DNA of 64,000 nt from Negaprion brevirostris (GCA_030324005.1 JARDVH010000001.1:86097106-86161105); one strand, 5' to 3'. Counted from the stretch's first letter, positions 40,390 to 51,200 are shown. Numbers and translations are program-made. Notes: generated by a model not told the origin, from the letters alone.

Positions 40390-41610
40390 GAGCCATAGAG
40401 GTTTACAGCATGGAAACAAGTCCTTCAGCCCAATTTGTCCATGCCGCCCCTTTTTTTTAACCACTAAGCTNNNNNNNNNNNNNNNNNNNNNNNNNNNNNN
40501 NNNNNNNNNNNNNNNNNNNNNNNNNNNNNNNNNNNNNNNNNNNNNNNNNNNNNNNNNNNNNNNNNNNNNNNNNNNNNNNNNNNNNNNNNNNNNNNNNNNN
40601 NNNNNNNNNNNNNNNNNNNNNNNNNNNNNNNNNNNNNNNNNNNNNNNNNNNNNNNNNNNNNNNNNNNNNNNNNNNNNNNNNNNNNNNNNNNNNNNNNNNN
40701 NNNNNNNNNNNNNNNNNNNNNNNNNNNNNNNNNNNNNNNNNNNNNNNNNNNNNNNNNNNNNNNNNNNNNNNNNNNNNNNNNNNNNNNNNNNNNNNNNNNN
40801 NNNNNNNNNNNNNNNNNNNNNNNNNNNNNNNNNNNNNNNNNNNNNNNNNNNNNNNNNNNNNNNNNNNNNNNNNNNNNNNNNNNNNNNNNNNNNNNNNNNN
40901 NNNNNNNNNNNNNNNNNNNNNNNNNNNNNNNNNNNNNNNNNNNNNNNNNNNNNNNNNNNNNNNNNNNNNNNNNNNNNNNNNNNNNNNNNNNNNNNNNNNN
41001 NNNNNNNNNNNNNNNNNNNNNNNNNNNNNNNNNNNNNNNNNNNNNNNNNNNNNNNNNNNNNNNNNNNNNNNNNNNNNNNNNNNNNNNNNNNNNNNNNNNN
41101 NNNNNNNNNNNNNNNNNNNNNNNNNNNNNNNNNNNNNNNNNNNNNNNNNNNNNNNNNNNNNNNNNNNNNNNNNNNNNNNNNNNNNNNNNNNNNNNNNNNN
41201 NNNNNNNNNNNNNNNNNNNNNNNNNNNNNNNNNNNNNNNNNNNNNNNNNNNNNNNNNNNTGCAAACTTACTAACCATGCCTCCTAAATTCTCATCCAAAT
41301 CATTAATATAAATGACAAATAACAGTGGACCCAGCAACGATCTCTGAGGCACACTGCTGGTGACTGGCCTTCAGTCTGAAAAAGAACACTCTAAAATCAC
41401 TCTCTTGTCTTCTGTCATCAAGCCAATTTTGTATCCATTTGGTTACCTCACCCTGGATCCTGTAAGATTTAACCTTATTCAATAACACACTATGTGGTAC
41501 CTTGTCAAAGACCTTGCTAAAATCCATGTAGACAACATCAATTGCACTGCCTTCATCCAACATCTTGGTTACCCTTCAAAATACTCAATCAAATTTGTGA
41601 GTTATGGTTT
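40390..41610 (-). mobile_element. CR1 LINE (RT region and 3' tail) spanning a 789-N gap
   Basis: Translations DEGSAIDVVYMDFSKVFDKVPH and [30 protein letters not shown], with the CR1 tail at 40390-40470. Confidence 0.9.
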
Positions 41611-41764
41611 GTTATTTTAATCTACTTAAACTTGTATTTTGTAAAGTAAATGGCTGTGTCTTATAGTTTCTGAAAGAAATGCTTTTTATTAGAAAAATTT
41701 TTAGAAATGTATATGCTTTATGCTTCTTCAAGGAAGAAAAAGCATATAAATATTTTCAAGAAGG

Positions 41765-42012
41765 ACCATCGAACTATAGTCTCTATAATGGGTCTTCACC
41801 AACTCTCCAAAAGAGCATTCTAACCAGGTCCTCCCTGCCACGTTATCCCCGTAACCATGTGCATTCACCACGGCTAATCCACTTAACCTGGACATCTTTG
41901 AATTGTGGGAGGAAACCGGAGCACCCAGAGGAAACCCACACAGATATGGGAAGAACTCCACACACACAGTCACCCAAGGCCAGAATCAAACCCAAGTGCC
42001 TGGTGCTGTGAG
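41765..42012 (-). mobile_element. V-SINE (HE1-like), head truncated
   Basis: V-domain TGTGGGAGGAAACCGGAGCACCCAGAGGAAACCCAC on plus and part of the tRNA head. Confidence 0.85.
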
Positions 42013-45000
42013 TTTTGAGTGCTTTATGTTGCTGATACACTCAATCATTGCTTGAACTACTTTTTTAATTACTGTACCAAATTAGAATCAAAATTGATGT
42101 GTGTGAATAATTTAAAACATTAGACACTTCATGAAATACAAATGATGAAAACAAACTCCAAAAATCAAGCTTGAAGTTTTGTTTATACTGAAGTCACTGA
42201 AATGAAATTGGAGGTGAATGGGTCAGTTATACTATATCAGAGTCCAAATGGTTGTAACTTCATAATCACCCTATGAATTCAAGAATTCTGGTCATTTTTG
42301 AACAAGCAAGTGACTGAAAGTTTCTAAAATGTCAAAACTCACTACAGTTCTTCTGGGTACAGCATCCACCAGCTTTAACTGGACTGCATGCAACTGCAAA
42401 AGGTCGTGATCTGTTTCAAACAGAAAGGTATGGAACTCTCTCCAGAAGACTCTCTCACATTGGTTTGAGGTTGCATTTTGTGAAGTATAATTCCAGCCAG
42501 TTGCAAGGCTACATTTTAAAAGTTGACCAGGTTGCTCTTCAATGTGTGCAATGTGAAAAAGAAAGTAGACAATCTATGTCATCCAAAAAGCAGATCTTAC
42601 ATTTGGGGCCAAGGATGCATGCACAGAATACTTTGTTGCTCATTTTAGGAGATCAATAGTGAAATGCAGTAGGCTGAAAACTGCATTCCACACATAATCT
42701 GGGACAAATAACTGAAATATATCTGAAGCCCAAAGAGCAGTATGAATAAAGCAGTTACATTTTGCTCACATTCATTCAGTTTTCAGATTTATTAATGCCA
42801 CTGTTCAGTTTCACGATATGAGCAGAACCTGCATATTGACATTTTTAAGGCATGTACACTGCACAATGTTCTAATACTGCAGTCTTAAATTCCCAGATGC
42901 AAATTCTTGGTAATGATGCAAATAATTTGGTGGGGATTTTTAAAATTGACAAAGGTGGAATTTATTAATGGACATGTTTTTATGGTCATTGTTTTAAGCA
43001 GCAAAACCCAAAACTGTGAAGGTTAAATTTAAATTGCACTTAACAGTTATAATTTAGTGAGTAGATGGCAAAAACAGATGGCAACCCCTCGTCCAAACGG
43101 TTATAAACTAATTTCCACAATTTTCTTTTTCAATGAAACCAGTGCCCTGGAGTTAGTTATAGAGCACATCATCCAAGTCACACAAACACTATGTCATAAT
43201 GGTTGTACAATTGTATTTTCCACCAGCAACTTCTATTGTCAAGCACTGATACAGATTGAGAAACATAAGTAAGAAATAGTTTAGTCAAAAGNNNNNNNNN
43301 NNNNNNNNNNNNNNNNNNNNNNNNNNNNNNNNNNNNNNNNNNNNNNNNNNNNNNNNNNNNNNNNNNNNNNNNNNNNNNNNNNNNNNNNNNNTTGTTAGAC
43401 TTCAAAGAGCTTTAATTCAACTTTGGTTCACTTGAAAAGGTGCATAAAATTAGTCAAGACTGAAAAGCTAATGGTATTATCAACAAAGCAAATGATTCAT
43501 TGATGCTCTTTCTACACTGAGCTAGCAGAATTGCAACTTGTATCATTTGACTTACATCCAAAAAAAACCATATCAGACAAGAGATGCTCAGCTGCCTAAA
43601 AACGTCTCATTTATCTAACTACTTTCAACTTCCTCCACACCTAGTCTTAAGAAAGGTTTGAATGTCATTAAGCATCTCACTATATTTACAATGTTCACTG
43701 TGTATTTTCATAATGTATTTGAAATACTCAATTATTTCTGCTTGGTTATGAAGATTCATAGAATTTTACATGGAAAATTTGGAATGGATTGAAGTTGTTA
43801 AGCTTCTACATAAATATTATCAGTTAACTTTAGTACCGTCTTCAGTTCCAGCTGTCAAGAAAATTCATTTGAGTAATATGCATAGCTTTTCATTTGCATT
43901 GACAACCTACCAAAAAACTCACCCAGCAAAATGTACAAAAATGTGACCAACAGATTTATTACTTGAATGAAGAGTCACTTAGTATGGCACAATAGGTATT
44001 GAAATACAAACAAATACCAGTAGCCTGAAGTTATAACTTATGTAACCATGTTTTTCCTTGACTTGAAGCTATTTTCAAGATTATGATACTTAATTTCTCT
44101 GCCACTTGAAGTACAGAATATTTATTTTACATCATGACAACAAAGAATATATCTGACCTGCAAAACATTACATAATGACCAAAACTATCATTTATGCCAA
44201 ACGACAGTGCACAAATCTTCTTGTTTTGGCCCAGCTGAACTCTTACTGAACGTTCTCAGATTAAATTAGTAGATAAAAAGTGCAATTTTCTGATGTAGTT
44301 GAACTTTAATGCTTGGATAAACATTCATAAGGTATGCCTTCNNNNNNNNNNGCAAGCAATCTGACTTAATGCAGGAATGTATGCAAACACTGTGACTGCT
44401 TGTTCTCCATCTATATCTGGGATAGTAAAAAAACCCAAAATTTGTTGTAGCCTGTTTTCATAATTTTGGGGAGAGAGTATCTGTCATTCAACACATATTG
44501 GTAACGCGTGGTTGAGTTATGCTTACGTCCCAAATTCAGTTTCTGACAAAAGGTGTTACACATCTTAATTTACTCGCCTCAGAATTACACTTTTAATAGT
44601 CTTCAGAATGGTGGTCAGAATTTTAACCATAGTCTAGAATTTTAGCCTTGTACAGCATTATTCCATTTTAATTCACAATGTTTCCAGAAAGCTTCAAAGA
44701 AATATAATAATGAAGCCATTTGAAAACATTCAACTCTGCAGTAATCAAAGGTTAAGCTGTGTGAATTAAGAAGCCATACTATTGAAGTTTGCAGAAAATT
44801 GTTTGGCTATAAATAGAAATTCTCATATTGTCCTATTTTCATTTAAAAAACAGGTCTCTACCGTTTTTAGTAGGTTAAACAAGTAAATGTCTTCTTCTAA
44901 ATTTTAAAACATAGGAATAAATGCGATTGCTAGTGTGCATGGTCTCCAGTTCAAGGATGATACTTGAGCTGCTGCGAGTTAGTTGCCAAAGCAGCAAGGC

Positions 45001-45653
45001 TAACTGTTTTAGTGATCCATTTTGGTACAGCGACACACATGCTAGAAACTTTCAAGAGATTTGTTTCAACAGTGACATTTGCAACATCTGAATTTTACCA
45101 TTAATGATTGGCATATGGCAAAATAATGATGATGTCAATACCGACACTGAACAGAAATCTCAGCAGATTTTATTTTATATGCTTATCTCACACATTACAA
45201 ATCCTAACTGAACATGAATGTACTTCAATGTAGTTGTCACTGTGAAATAGATCTGTAAGCAACTGATGTTGCACAGTAATTCGTTTTGATTCAGAGATAG
45301 AGGAGGAGGAGAAAGAGGAGGATTAGTGCAGTGACATCACACAAGCTCAATTACCCAAAATGCACAATACTAAAAGACTGATTATGTACAGTTGTGTTGG
45401 CTTTGCAATGTATATAAATTTTTAACAGAACAACATAGTTAAGTAACATTTATTCCCATTTAGGATTTAAATAATTCAAAACTCTTTCATCTGAAGTTCC
45501 AAATTTTTCTCAATCTATCTTGCAACGTCCGACATTACACTTTCACAGAAAATCAATTCTGAATGTGCATACATTATTACAAGTACATGTGTGTGTTAAA
45601 CATACAAATAAACATTGTGCATTCAAACCAGATATCTAATTTCTAAGCTACAT

Positions 45654-48600
45654 TTAGACACGACTTTGGTAATTAGTGCTTCTTACCTGCTTGCTGTACT
45701 TGTTATTGATCTGGCAGCTGTATTCAGAGCAGTGATCTGATTCAATTGAGATGTTGTCACCTGTCCCTACGAAGGTATTGGCTGGTGGCAGTTCTTGCAC
45801 TGCTTGATGTTTCTTCCCTGCAGTAGGTGACTGGGGATGAAGCTGAACAGTTGGCAATGGAGAGCTAGATTTGTAATGCCTACCGAGGTCAGGACTTCCT
45901 GGTCCACCATTCATGGAGCGATAGCGTCCCATGCCAGGGCTCTCTGTAAGTTTCTCATTCACACTATCGTATCTCTGTCCATTTGGTTTTGATGCTTCCA
46001 CAGTCACAATGCTACTATATAGAGGCTGTTTGGACTTCTTGCCCTTTTTGTCCTTCTTGGGTTTCTTAGACTTGTCATGTTGCTGGGGAGTGAAAAAGTC
46101 TTCGGGATCCTTTTTGCCAGCCTCGTATCCATTCTTGGATTTTTTGGGTCGACAGTATCTAGCCAAAACCACAACCAGGATGATCAAAATGACTGTCATG
46201 ACACCGGCAACAACCCCAATAACAATGCTAAGTCGTTGCTTGCTCATCTCGTAATTCGGATCGCCGGCAATATCTTGTCTCAGCGAAGTGCGAAGACTTC
46301 GGGCTATCTGAGCTTCCACTATTGTCGCATTGGAAACGCTTTCATTGACAAACACGTGGACCATTGCCGTGGTGTACTGCGAAGGCTGCCCGCTATCATT
46401 GACCTGCACTATCAAACGATGCAGGCCATAGTGCTTCTGGGTCAGCTTTCCCACCAAAGAGATGACCCCACTTGCAGAGTCAATCTCAAACAGTTTGAAG
46501 GGATTTCCCCCCACGATGCTGTAATTGAGGTCAGCATTGATACCAGTGTCCCTGTCTGTAGCCAGGACGGTGGCCACCACCGTGCGCAGGTTACTGGAAG
46601 GGGGTAGTAGAGTGTAAGTGGCGTTTTTGGGGAAGGTGATAGTGGGGGCATTGTCATTTTCATCCATGACATAGAGAGAAACCATGGCCGTGGAGGATTT
46701 GGGGGGGTCTCCCCCGTCCACAGCCTTCACTTTGAAGGAGTAGGTGGTCTGATGCTCCCTGTCGAAGGACATGGTGGAGTAAATGGTGCCGGTATCGTTG
46801 TCGATGGAGAAAATGTTGTCGTCCTCCTCGATGAAGAGGCTGAGCTCGGCGTTCTTGCCCTCGTCCGCGTCCATCACGGTCACCATCCCAACCGGGCTGT
46901 TGGGCGCCAAGTTTTCCTTCACGTAGAAAGTGAAGATGTCCTGCATGAAGCGGGGCTCGTTGTCGTTGGTGTCTTGGACCTGGACCACCACCATGGCGCT
47001 GCCCTCCAGGCTGGGGACGCCCTTGTCCCGGGCCACCACCCTGAACTCGTAGCGGGGGGTCTGCTCGCGGTCCAGCACCACGTTGGCGATGATGGCGCCC
47101 TTGGCGGGCTCGATGGAGAAGACGCCGGCGGCCGCCGGGTCCAGCGAGTAGGCGATCTCGGCGTTGCGGCCGTCATCGGCGTCCGAGGCCAGCACGGTGG
47201 CCACCTGGTCGCCCGGCGCGTTGTTCTCGGCGATGGCCACCCGGAAGACGGCCTGCGGGAAGACGGGCGGGGTGTCGTTGATGGCGGCGACCCGGACGAG
47301 CAGCGAGTTGTTGCTGGAGAGGCTGGGGCTGCCCGAGTCCACGGCCACGATCACCACCGAGTACTGGCGCACCGCCTCGTAGTCGAGGGGCGCCGCGGTG
47401 TGCAGGAAGTACTTCCTCTTCTGCTCGCTATCCGACTCGCTGGCCGACTTGAGCTGGAAGGGCACGTCGCCCACGATGGTGCAGGTGACGGCGCCGTTCT
47501 CGCCCTGGTCGCGGTCGGACACCTGCACCAGGGCGATGGGGGTGTCCACCAGCACGTCCTCGGCCACGCTGGCCACGCCGTCGCGCAGCACGATGCGCCC
47601 GATCTTGCGGATGTCCACCTGGGGCACGTTGTCGTTCTGGTCGCGCACGGCCAGCAGCACGGTGGCGCGGTCGGTGCGCGGCGGCTGCCCGCGGTCCTTG
47701 GCCAGCACGTTGAAGCGGAGCTGGGCCACCTCCTCGCGGTCCAGCCGGTGCAGCACGCTGAGCCAGCGGCTGCTAGCGTCCAGCCGCAGCAGGCGGCGCA
47801 CCGACTCGGTGGCGGCGCCGAAGACGTACTCGAGCTGCCCGTTGACGCCGGTGTCCAGGTCGGTGGCCCGCAGCTGCAGGATGGGGGTGCCGGGCGGGCT
47901 ATTCTCGGGCAGCTCGGCTTGGTAGAGCGCGCGCTCGAAGCGCGGGCTGTTGTCGTTAACGTCCGAGATGAGCACGCGGAGCAGGGCGGAGGAGGAGCGC
48001 GCGGGCTGCCCGCCGTCCCTCACTCTCAGGCTCAGCTCGTACGAGTCCCTCAGCTCCCGGTCCAGGGCCCCCTTGACGATCAGCTGCGGCTGCTTGTCGC
48101 CGTCCGGCGTGTCGGCCACCTGCAACTCGAAGACGCTGCTGCGGCCTGTCCCCAGCGCTCCCCCCTCCTCCACCATCTCCATCTCCTGCTGCTGCTCCTC
48201 CCCTCCTCCTGCCCCCTCGGCGGCGGCCGCCTCTCCCGCCCGGCGGCTCTCGGGCAGCAGCTGGTAGCGCTCGATGCCGTTGGTGCCGAAGTCGCGGTCG
48301 GTGGCGGTGGGCAGCAGGTAGAGGGTGCCCACCGGGCGGTTCTCCTCCACCGTCAGGGTGAGCACCGGCGACGGGAAGCTGGGCGTGTTGTCGTTGATGT
48401 CCTCCACGATGACTTTGCCGTCGTACAGGTCGACCCAGCTCTGCGCCGGCCCGATCACCGACACCTCGAAGTCGATGAAGCACTCGTTCTCGTCGAAGAT
48501 CATCTGGCACTGGGGCAGCTTCTCGCGGTCCGTCCGCCGGCCCGTCGTGCTCAGCTCGCCCGTGATTTTGTCGATCTTGAAGTAGTCGGATCCCGACTCC

Positions 48601-48773
48601 AGGCTGAAAGTCACCTCCNNNNNNNNNNNNNNNNNNNNNNNNNNNNNNNNNNNNNNNNNNNNNNNNNNNNNNNNNNNNNNNNNNNNNNNNNNNNNNNNNN
48701 NNNNNNNNNNNNNNNCGCTGGCCAGCACGGCCGCGGTCCGCACGAACAGCAGCAGCGGGAAGCAGAAGGGCAT
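45654..48773 (-). CDS. PCDH7: Protocadherin-7 (delta-1 protocadherin), large exon 1; read-through into the intron gives a short C-terminus (...KYSKQVRSTNYQSRV*)
   Basis: Open frame of about 1040 codons. It has a hydrophobic signal peptide (MPFCFPLLLFVRTAAVLAS), seven cadherin repeats with DxNDN/LDRE/AxDxG motifs, a TM segment (LSIVIGVVAGVMTVILIILVVVLA) and the tail KNGYEAGKKD..FFTPQQHDKSKKPKKDKK..HYKSSSPLPTVQLHPQSPTAGKKHQAVQ..SDHCSEYSCQ, closely matching vertebrate PCDH7 as recalled. Start placed at the ATG at 48773 (GCCATGC Kozak context); the ORF-track start at 48806 is a TTG. A 97-N gap at 48619-48715 keeps the frame. Confidence 0.97.
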   Translation of the reverse strand: MPFCFPLLLFVRTAAVLASXXXXXXXXXXXXXXXXXXXXXXXXXXXXXXXXXEVTFSLESGSDYFKIDKITGELSTTGRRTDREKLPQCQMIFDENECFIDFEVSVIGPAQSWVDLYDGKVIVEDINDNTPSFPSPVLTLTVEENRPVGTLYLLPTATDRDFGTNGIERYQLLPESRRAGEAAAAEGAGGGEEQQQEMEMVEEGGALGTGRSSVFELQVADTPDGDKQPQLIVKGALDRELRDSYELSLRVRDGGQPARSSSALLRVLISDVNDNSPRFERALYQAELPENSPPGTPILQLRATDLDTGVNGQLEYVFGAATESVRRLLRLDASSRWLSVLHRLDREEVAQLRFNVLAKDRGQPPRTDRATVLLAVRDQNDNVPQVDIRKIGRIVLRDGVASVAEDVLVDTPIALVQVSDRDQGENGAVTCTIVGDVPFQLKSASESDSEQKRKYFLHTAAPLDYEAVRQYSVVIVAVDSGSPSLSSNNSLLVRVAAINDTPPVFPQAVFRVAIAENNAPGDQVATVLASDADDGRNAEIAYSLDPAAAGVFSIEPAKGAIIANVVLDREQTPRYEFRVVARDKGVPSLEGSAMVVVQVQDTNDNEPRFMQDIFTFYVKENLAPNSPVGMVTVMDADEGKNAELSLFIEEDDNIFSIDNDTGTIYSTMSFDREHQTTYSFKVKAVDGGDPPKSSTAMVSLYVMDENDNAPTITFPKNATYTLLPPSSNLRTVVATVLATDRDTGINADLNYSIVGGNPFKLFEIDSASGVISLVGKLTQKHYGLHRLIVQVNDSGQPSQYTTAMVHVFVNESVSNATIVEAQIARSLRTSLRQDIAGDPNYEMSKQRLSIVIGVVAGVMTVILIILVVVLARYCRPKKSKNGYEAGKKDPEDFFTPQQHDKSKKPKKDKKGKKSKQPLYSSIVTVEASKPNGQRYDSVNEKLTESPGMGRYRSMNGGPGSPDLGRHYKSSSPLPTVQLHPQSPTAGKKHQAVQELPPANTFVGTGDNISIESDHCSEYSCQINNKYSKQVRSTNYQSRV
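45681..45689 (-). other. PCDH7: 5' splice donor at end of PCDH7 exon 1 (CAG|GTAAGA, phase 0 after ...KYSKQ)
   Basis: Plus strand tcttacctg reads CAG|GTAAGA on minus. It falls exactly where PCDH7 isoforms diverge in other vertebrates (after KYSKQ). Confidence 0.9.
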
Positions 48774-51200
48774 GGCTCCCGGAGTCAATGTACCAAAAAA
48801 ATACAAATCCCCCCCTGTCTCTCTCTCTCTCTCCTCCCTCTAACCGAGGGAAAATCTGCTCAAAGTGTCCGGGCTCACACTCTAATAAAGTCACTGCAGA
48901 GTCACACACATCGCTCGAGTTTCTGAGCCCCTCTCATCTCAAAACTGGATCACTGTCTTTCCCCAGTCTTGCTTTTTTTTTTGCAATTGCCACTCTCGGG
49001 ATTCCCAGCCCCAAAGAAAGCAGCATTTAAGTCAAATTGATCACCTTGAATCCGTTAGTGGTTTTTGGACATGTCTCTGGAGTCACGTTGTTCCAAGTTT
49101 GCCCTGCATCCGCAGTTAGTGTGTCTTTACCTGCGTGCTGCTGGTTACTGGACTGTGTGTGTGTGTGTCGGCAGCACTCGGAGTGCCCCAACCTTGCTAT
49201 TGCAGTCTTTCCCTTTCACTTCACACTCTTCTTGTCCCTTTTTTTTGGCTGTTCTTTCTCCGCCCGTCCGTACTGACTCCAGAGGCAGCTCCCGAGTGGT
49301 GGAAGAAATAAAAAGGGGAGGGGTAGTGGCGGGAGGTGGGGGGGCTCTGGAGCCCGATCAGAAAGTTGAAAGCTTGCGAAAGACGAATGGGGGGAACGCG
49401 ATTCGCGTCCCCGCGTCGTTGAAGATTGCGGCGAGCAAGAGGAGTCCCGCAGAATAAAAAGGTTGCAGTTAGTGACTTTCCTATTCAACCCGATAAAAAA
49501 AACTGGTACAAAAAAGAGAAGGGGTTGTCAAGCTGTGTCTAAAATGCAGATACTCCTCTGGATTGAGGGTGAATAGGGAAATCCTAGTTGGTACAACGGG
49601 AATCCGAATGAGAGCAAACTGATTGCACGATGCGGATCTTTAAAACAAACGACGGCTGCAAGTGCATTGCTTCTGGATCTGGTCCGAGCAGTTGAATAAA
49701 AAAATCCCCAATTAAAGAATGAATAGGCTGCAGCACTTTTGACAACGGCAAGTTTTCTTATTCCAGACCCCGAAGTATTCCCTGACGCAGTCGTTTCTGT
49801 GGTGCTGAATCTTTCTTAGAGGGGGGAAAAAGTCCGTCCTTGTTATTCGATTAGTCGTGGTCTGCTGAGTAGTTCATTGCTATTCCTGCAGTTGAAGTTG
49901 GGTTTGTCTGTCTCTCGCTCTCTCCCCGTACAATTCAGCCTTCTGTAGTCAGAAAGTAGCTGCAGGTTATAGCGCAAAGCCTGACTCCGAAGGCGATGTT
50001 GCTCAAAGGATCGGAGTCTACAAAAGAGTGAATGTAATAATGTTCTTTCCTCTCCCTCGGGCTAGCGATCTGTAAATTCCGTTGCTTCCCTCCTTTATAT
50101 CTGCACGTTGTTAGCTGTGAATTCAGGTTAGCAGCAGAGTCCCGATTTCTCTCTCCCACCCTCTTTTGTATGCCATCCCGCTCAGAGTGTGGGTGAATGT
50201 GAGAGTTTTCTGACTCATTTGAGGTAGCGTCACCTACACGAGTGAAAAGGAACTGAAGCGCGGTCAGGAAATGCAGAGATTCCTCTTTCTACATCATCCA
50301 TCTCTTCCCTCATTTGCTTCCTTTTACGTTCGTCGCTTCCTTTTTTCCCCTGTGCCGTTGCATTTATTTTAATACAATGTTACTTTCCCATTAAACAAAA
50401 TACTCACATTTTATTTCTTTACGTTATCTCCCTATGTTCTTACTCGGTGCATTCGGCTACGTGTTTTGGTACCCTGCGTTAAAGCCATTCAATTTTACTC
50501 AAGTATATTTGTGAAAGATTATATATTTGCACGATCGATGTTTTTTTAAAAATATCCAGTTCGTCCTGTAGCTTTGAGGGAAGGTGCGGTCTAAAATTCG
50601 TCTTTTATTCAGACGCAGAGGAGTAGAAAAGGCTCGCGTGTGTGAGAGAAACCAAGGCTGACTGCGAGTTTGAAATCGTTAAATGGTATTTTTCCCTACA
50701 TTGTTTTATTTGCAAGCATGATAAAGACGTGTATTTTCCCCGTTTGTCCTCCCCCGTCAAAGCCGAGGTTAGATTCTTGGGAACACGTATACCAACATAC
50801 TTGACAAAACACGTTTTAACAAAAGAGCCCATCGCGTTTTCCCTGAAACCGGGTGAGCTGGAGCTCCCGTGTTGCGTTTTGGGGGGGGTGGAAGGGGTTG
50901 TGCAGTGAGTGCTGCAGTTGCAAATTGCAGCTACGAATGGTGCATCGCCGCGGCGGCTTCTTTAAGCGAGAGGCAGCAGGCAGGCTCTCGCAGCCGCCGT
51001 GTTGAGGAGCTCGGGGTGAAAGTTGGCTGCTTTGCTCTCTTTGCCCCCTCCCCGCTTTTTGCTGGGCTAAGCTGGACGAAGCTCACGGACCGCAGCGAGT
51101 CTGCGGCAGCAATGAGCAGCGCCTGCGCGGGGAGGCGTGGGACAGCACTGGTGACAGCCAGAAAGTGATGACAGAGACAGGAAAAAATACTGGCGAGAGC
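46750..51200. promoter_or_regulatory. PCDH7: CpG island spanning PCDH7 exon 1, 5' leader and promoter
   Basis: Very high GC and CpG density at 46.8-48.8 kb, with CpG retention continuing to about 51-52 kb. The remainder of the window is strongly CpG-depleted. Confidence 0.85.
48619..48715. other. Assembly gap inside the PCDH7 CDS (other large gaps: 8170-8269, 18492-18832, 28814-28913, 33601-33788, 38141-38240, 40471-41259, 43292-43391)
   Basis: Runs of N in the sequence. Confidence 0.99.

Larger units (their letters stand above)
1..45686 (-). other. PCDH7: Probable PCDH7 intron 1 (downstream exons with the RRVTF/CM1-CM3 motifs not seen in the window)
   Basis: No other credible host coding sequence was noticed and the region is repeat-dense. 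Delta-1 protocadherin cytoplasmic exons are known to lie far downstream of exon 1. Short exons could have been missed. Confidence 0.65.

Noticed and set aside
40387-41352. Long ORFs crossing N runs (also 18.4-18.9, 28.7-29.0 and 33.4-33.9 kb)
   Set aside because: Their length is an artefact of untranslatable N gaps.
45204-45250. Possible homologue of the short terminal exon (MRLHPYITVFG in human isoform a) after TTTCACAG
   Set aside because: It would begin with an in-frame TGA, and the resemblance is weak and unverifiable by eye.
48774-48806. ORF-track N-terminal extension MYFFGTLTPGA
   Set aside because: It starts at TTG. The ATG at 48773 has a Kozak context and directly begins the signal peptide.
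46752-48926. 724-aa plus-strand ORF and the other overlapping ORFs at 45.9-48.9 kb
   Set aside because: Antisense or alternate-frame shadows of the GC3-rich PCDH7 CDS, with no recognisable domain.
49790-49810. REST/RE1-like site (TTCAGCACCACAGAAACG on minus)
   Set aside because: Only the left half-site matches; the GGACAG half is absent.
49935-50159. ORF MGERNRD..LNSQLT resembling the PCDH7 distal tail (MGDRNRNLLNKKLT, recalled)
   Set aside because: It lies upstream of exon 1, starts at GTG, and the similarity covers only a few residues; likely chance.
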